Shown here in pieces: positions 63,500 through 64,000 of a DNA stretch of 64,000 bases (the stretch's first letter is position 1; each line of letters opens with the position of its first letter). The stretch comes from the human T2T-CHM13v2.0 reference genome, Homo sapiens: contig CP068257.2 of the NCBI GenBank assembly GCA_009914755.4, positions 35,264,001 through 35,328,000 of the forward strand, written 5' to 3'. A model generated the notes under the pieces. That model saw only the letters and a list, made by a program, of their open reading frames with translations, searched no databases and had not been told where the DNA came from. Position numbers and translations under genes: made by a program.

Positions 63500-64000
63500 A
63501 AAAAAAATATGCCCACATATAAAGCTTGTATGCAGATGTTCACAGCAGCATTATTCACAATAGCCAAAAGGTAGAAACAACCCAAATGTCCATCAACAGA
63601 TGAACAGATAAATAAAATGTATATATCTATACAGAGGACTATTATTCAACCATAAAAAGGAATGAGAATGAACTACTGATGCATGTTACAACGTGGACGA
63701 ATCTCGAATACATTACATTAAGTGAAAGAAGCCAACAACTAAAGGTCCCATATTCTATGAGGCTATTTACATGAAGTATCTAAAATAGACAAATCTAGAG
63801 TCAGAAAGTAGATTCGCGGTTGCCAGGAGCTGAGGTGTCAGGGAGCAGACAGTGAATGCTGACAAGTGTGTGGTTTCTTTCTGGTGTGCTGAAAATGTTT
63901 TAGAATTAGATAATGCTAATGATTGCACAACTTTGTGAATATACTAAAAACTACTGAATTGTTTTTCAAGGGTGAGTTTCATGTGAATTATATCTCAATT
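63500..64000 (+). mobile_element. L1 3' end (ORF2 C-terminus plus 3'UTR), running off the window edge
   Basis: ...cttgtatgcagatgttcacagcagcattattcacaatagccaaaaggtagaaacaacccaaatgtccatcaacagatgaacagataaataaaatgtatatatctatacagaggactattattcaaccataaaaaggaatgagaatgaactactgatgcatgttacaacgtggacgaatctcgaatacattacattaagtgaaagaagccaacaactaaaggtcccatattctatgaggctatttacatgaagtatctaaaatagacaaatctagagtcagaaagtagattcgcggttgccaggagctgagg... Confidence 0.88.

Overview
This window is primate (human-type) genomic DNA, not a prokaryotic locus. About 45 Alu insertions, L1 3' fragments, MaLR LTRs (THE1/MST/MLT1-like), one hAT MER1-type DNA transposon and several A-rich microsatellites make up roughly a third of the sequence. 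The only protein-coding content I can support is four exons of one minus-strand gene, holocarboxylase synthetase (HLCS, biotin-protein ligase, 21q22.13). Transcription runs from high to low coordinates. The exons are: the ATG-containing exon 57024-57186 (CDS 57024-57075, Met1 to the first nucleotide of Ser18); a 944-bp exon 54641-55584 (aa 18-332, including Met58); a 183-bp exon 48448-48630 (aa 333-393); and a 272-bp exon 15057-15328 (aa 394 to the first two nucleotides of Gly484). All four have canonical AG/GT splice junctions and consistent codon phases. The translations match my recollection of the HLCS N-terminal half, including the documented alternative initiators Met1, Met7 and Met58. 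Later HLCS exons, including the BirA-like catalytic domain, lie beyond the low-coordinate edge; earlier non-coding exons may lie beyond 57186 or off the high edge. Everything else is intronic. All other ORFs in the supplied track are Alu/L1-derived or shadow frames. I see no CRISPR array, operon, rRNA/tRNA gene or undescribed multi-gene system. The notable structure is in the retroelements and in a few CpG-enriched intronic blocks: Alus are strongly antisense-biased relative to HLCS, inverted Alu pairs flank exons, Alus are nested in other Alus, two Alus share one target site, and Alus have (TCAA)n tails.
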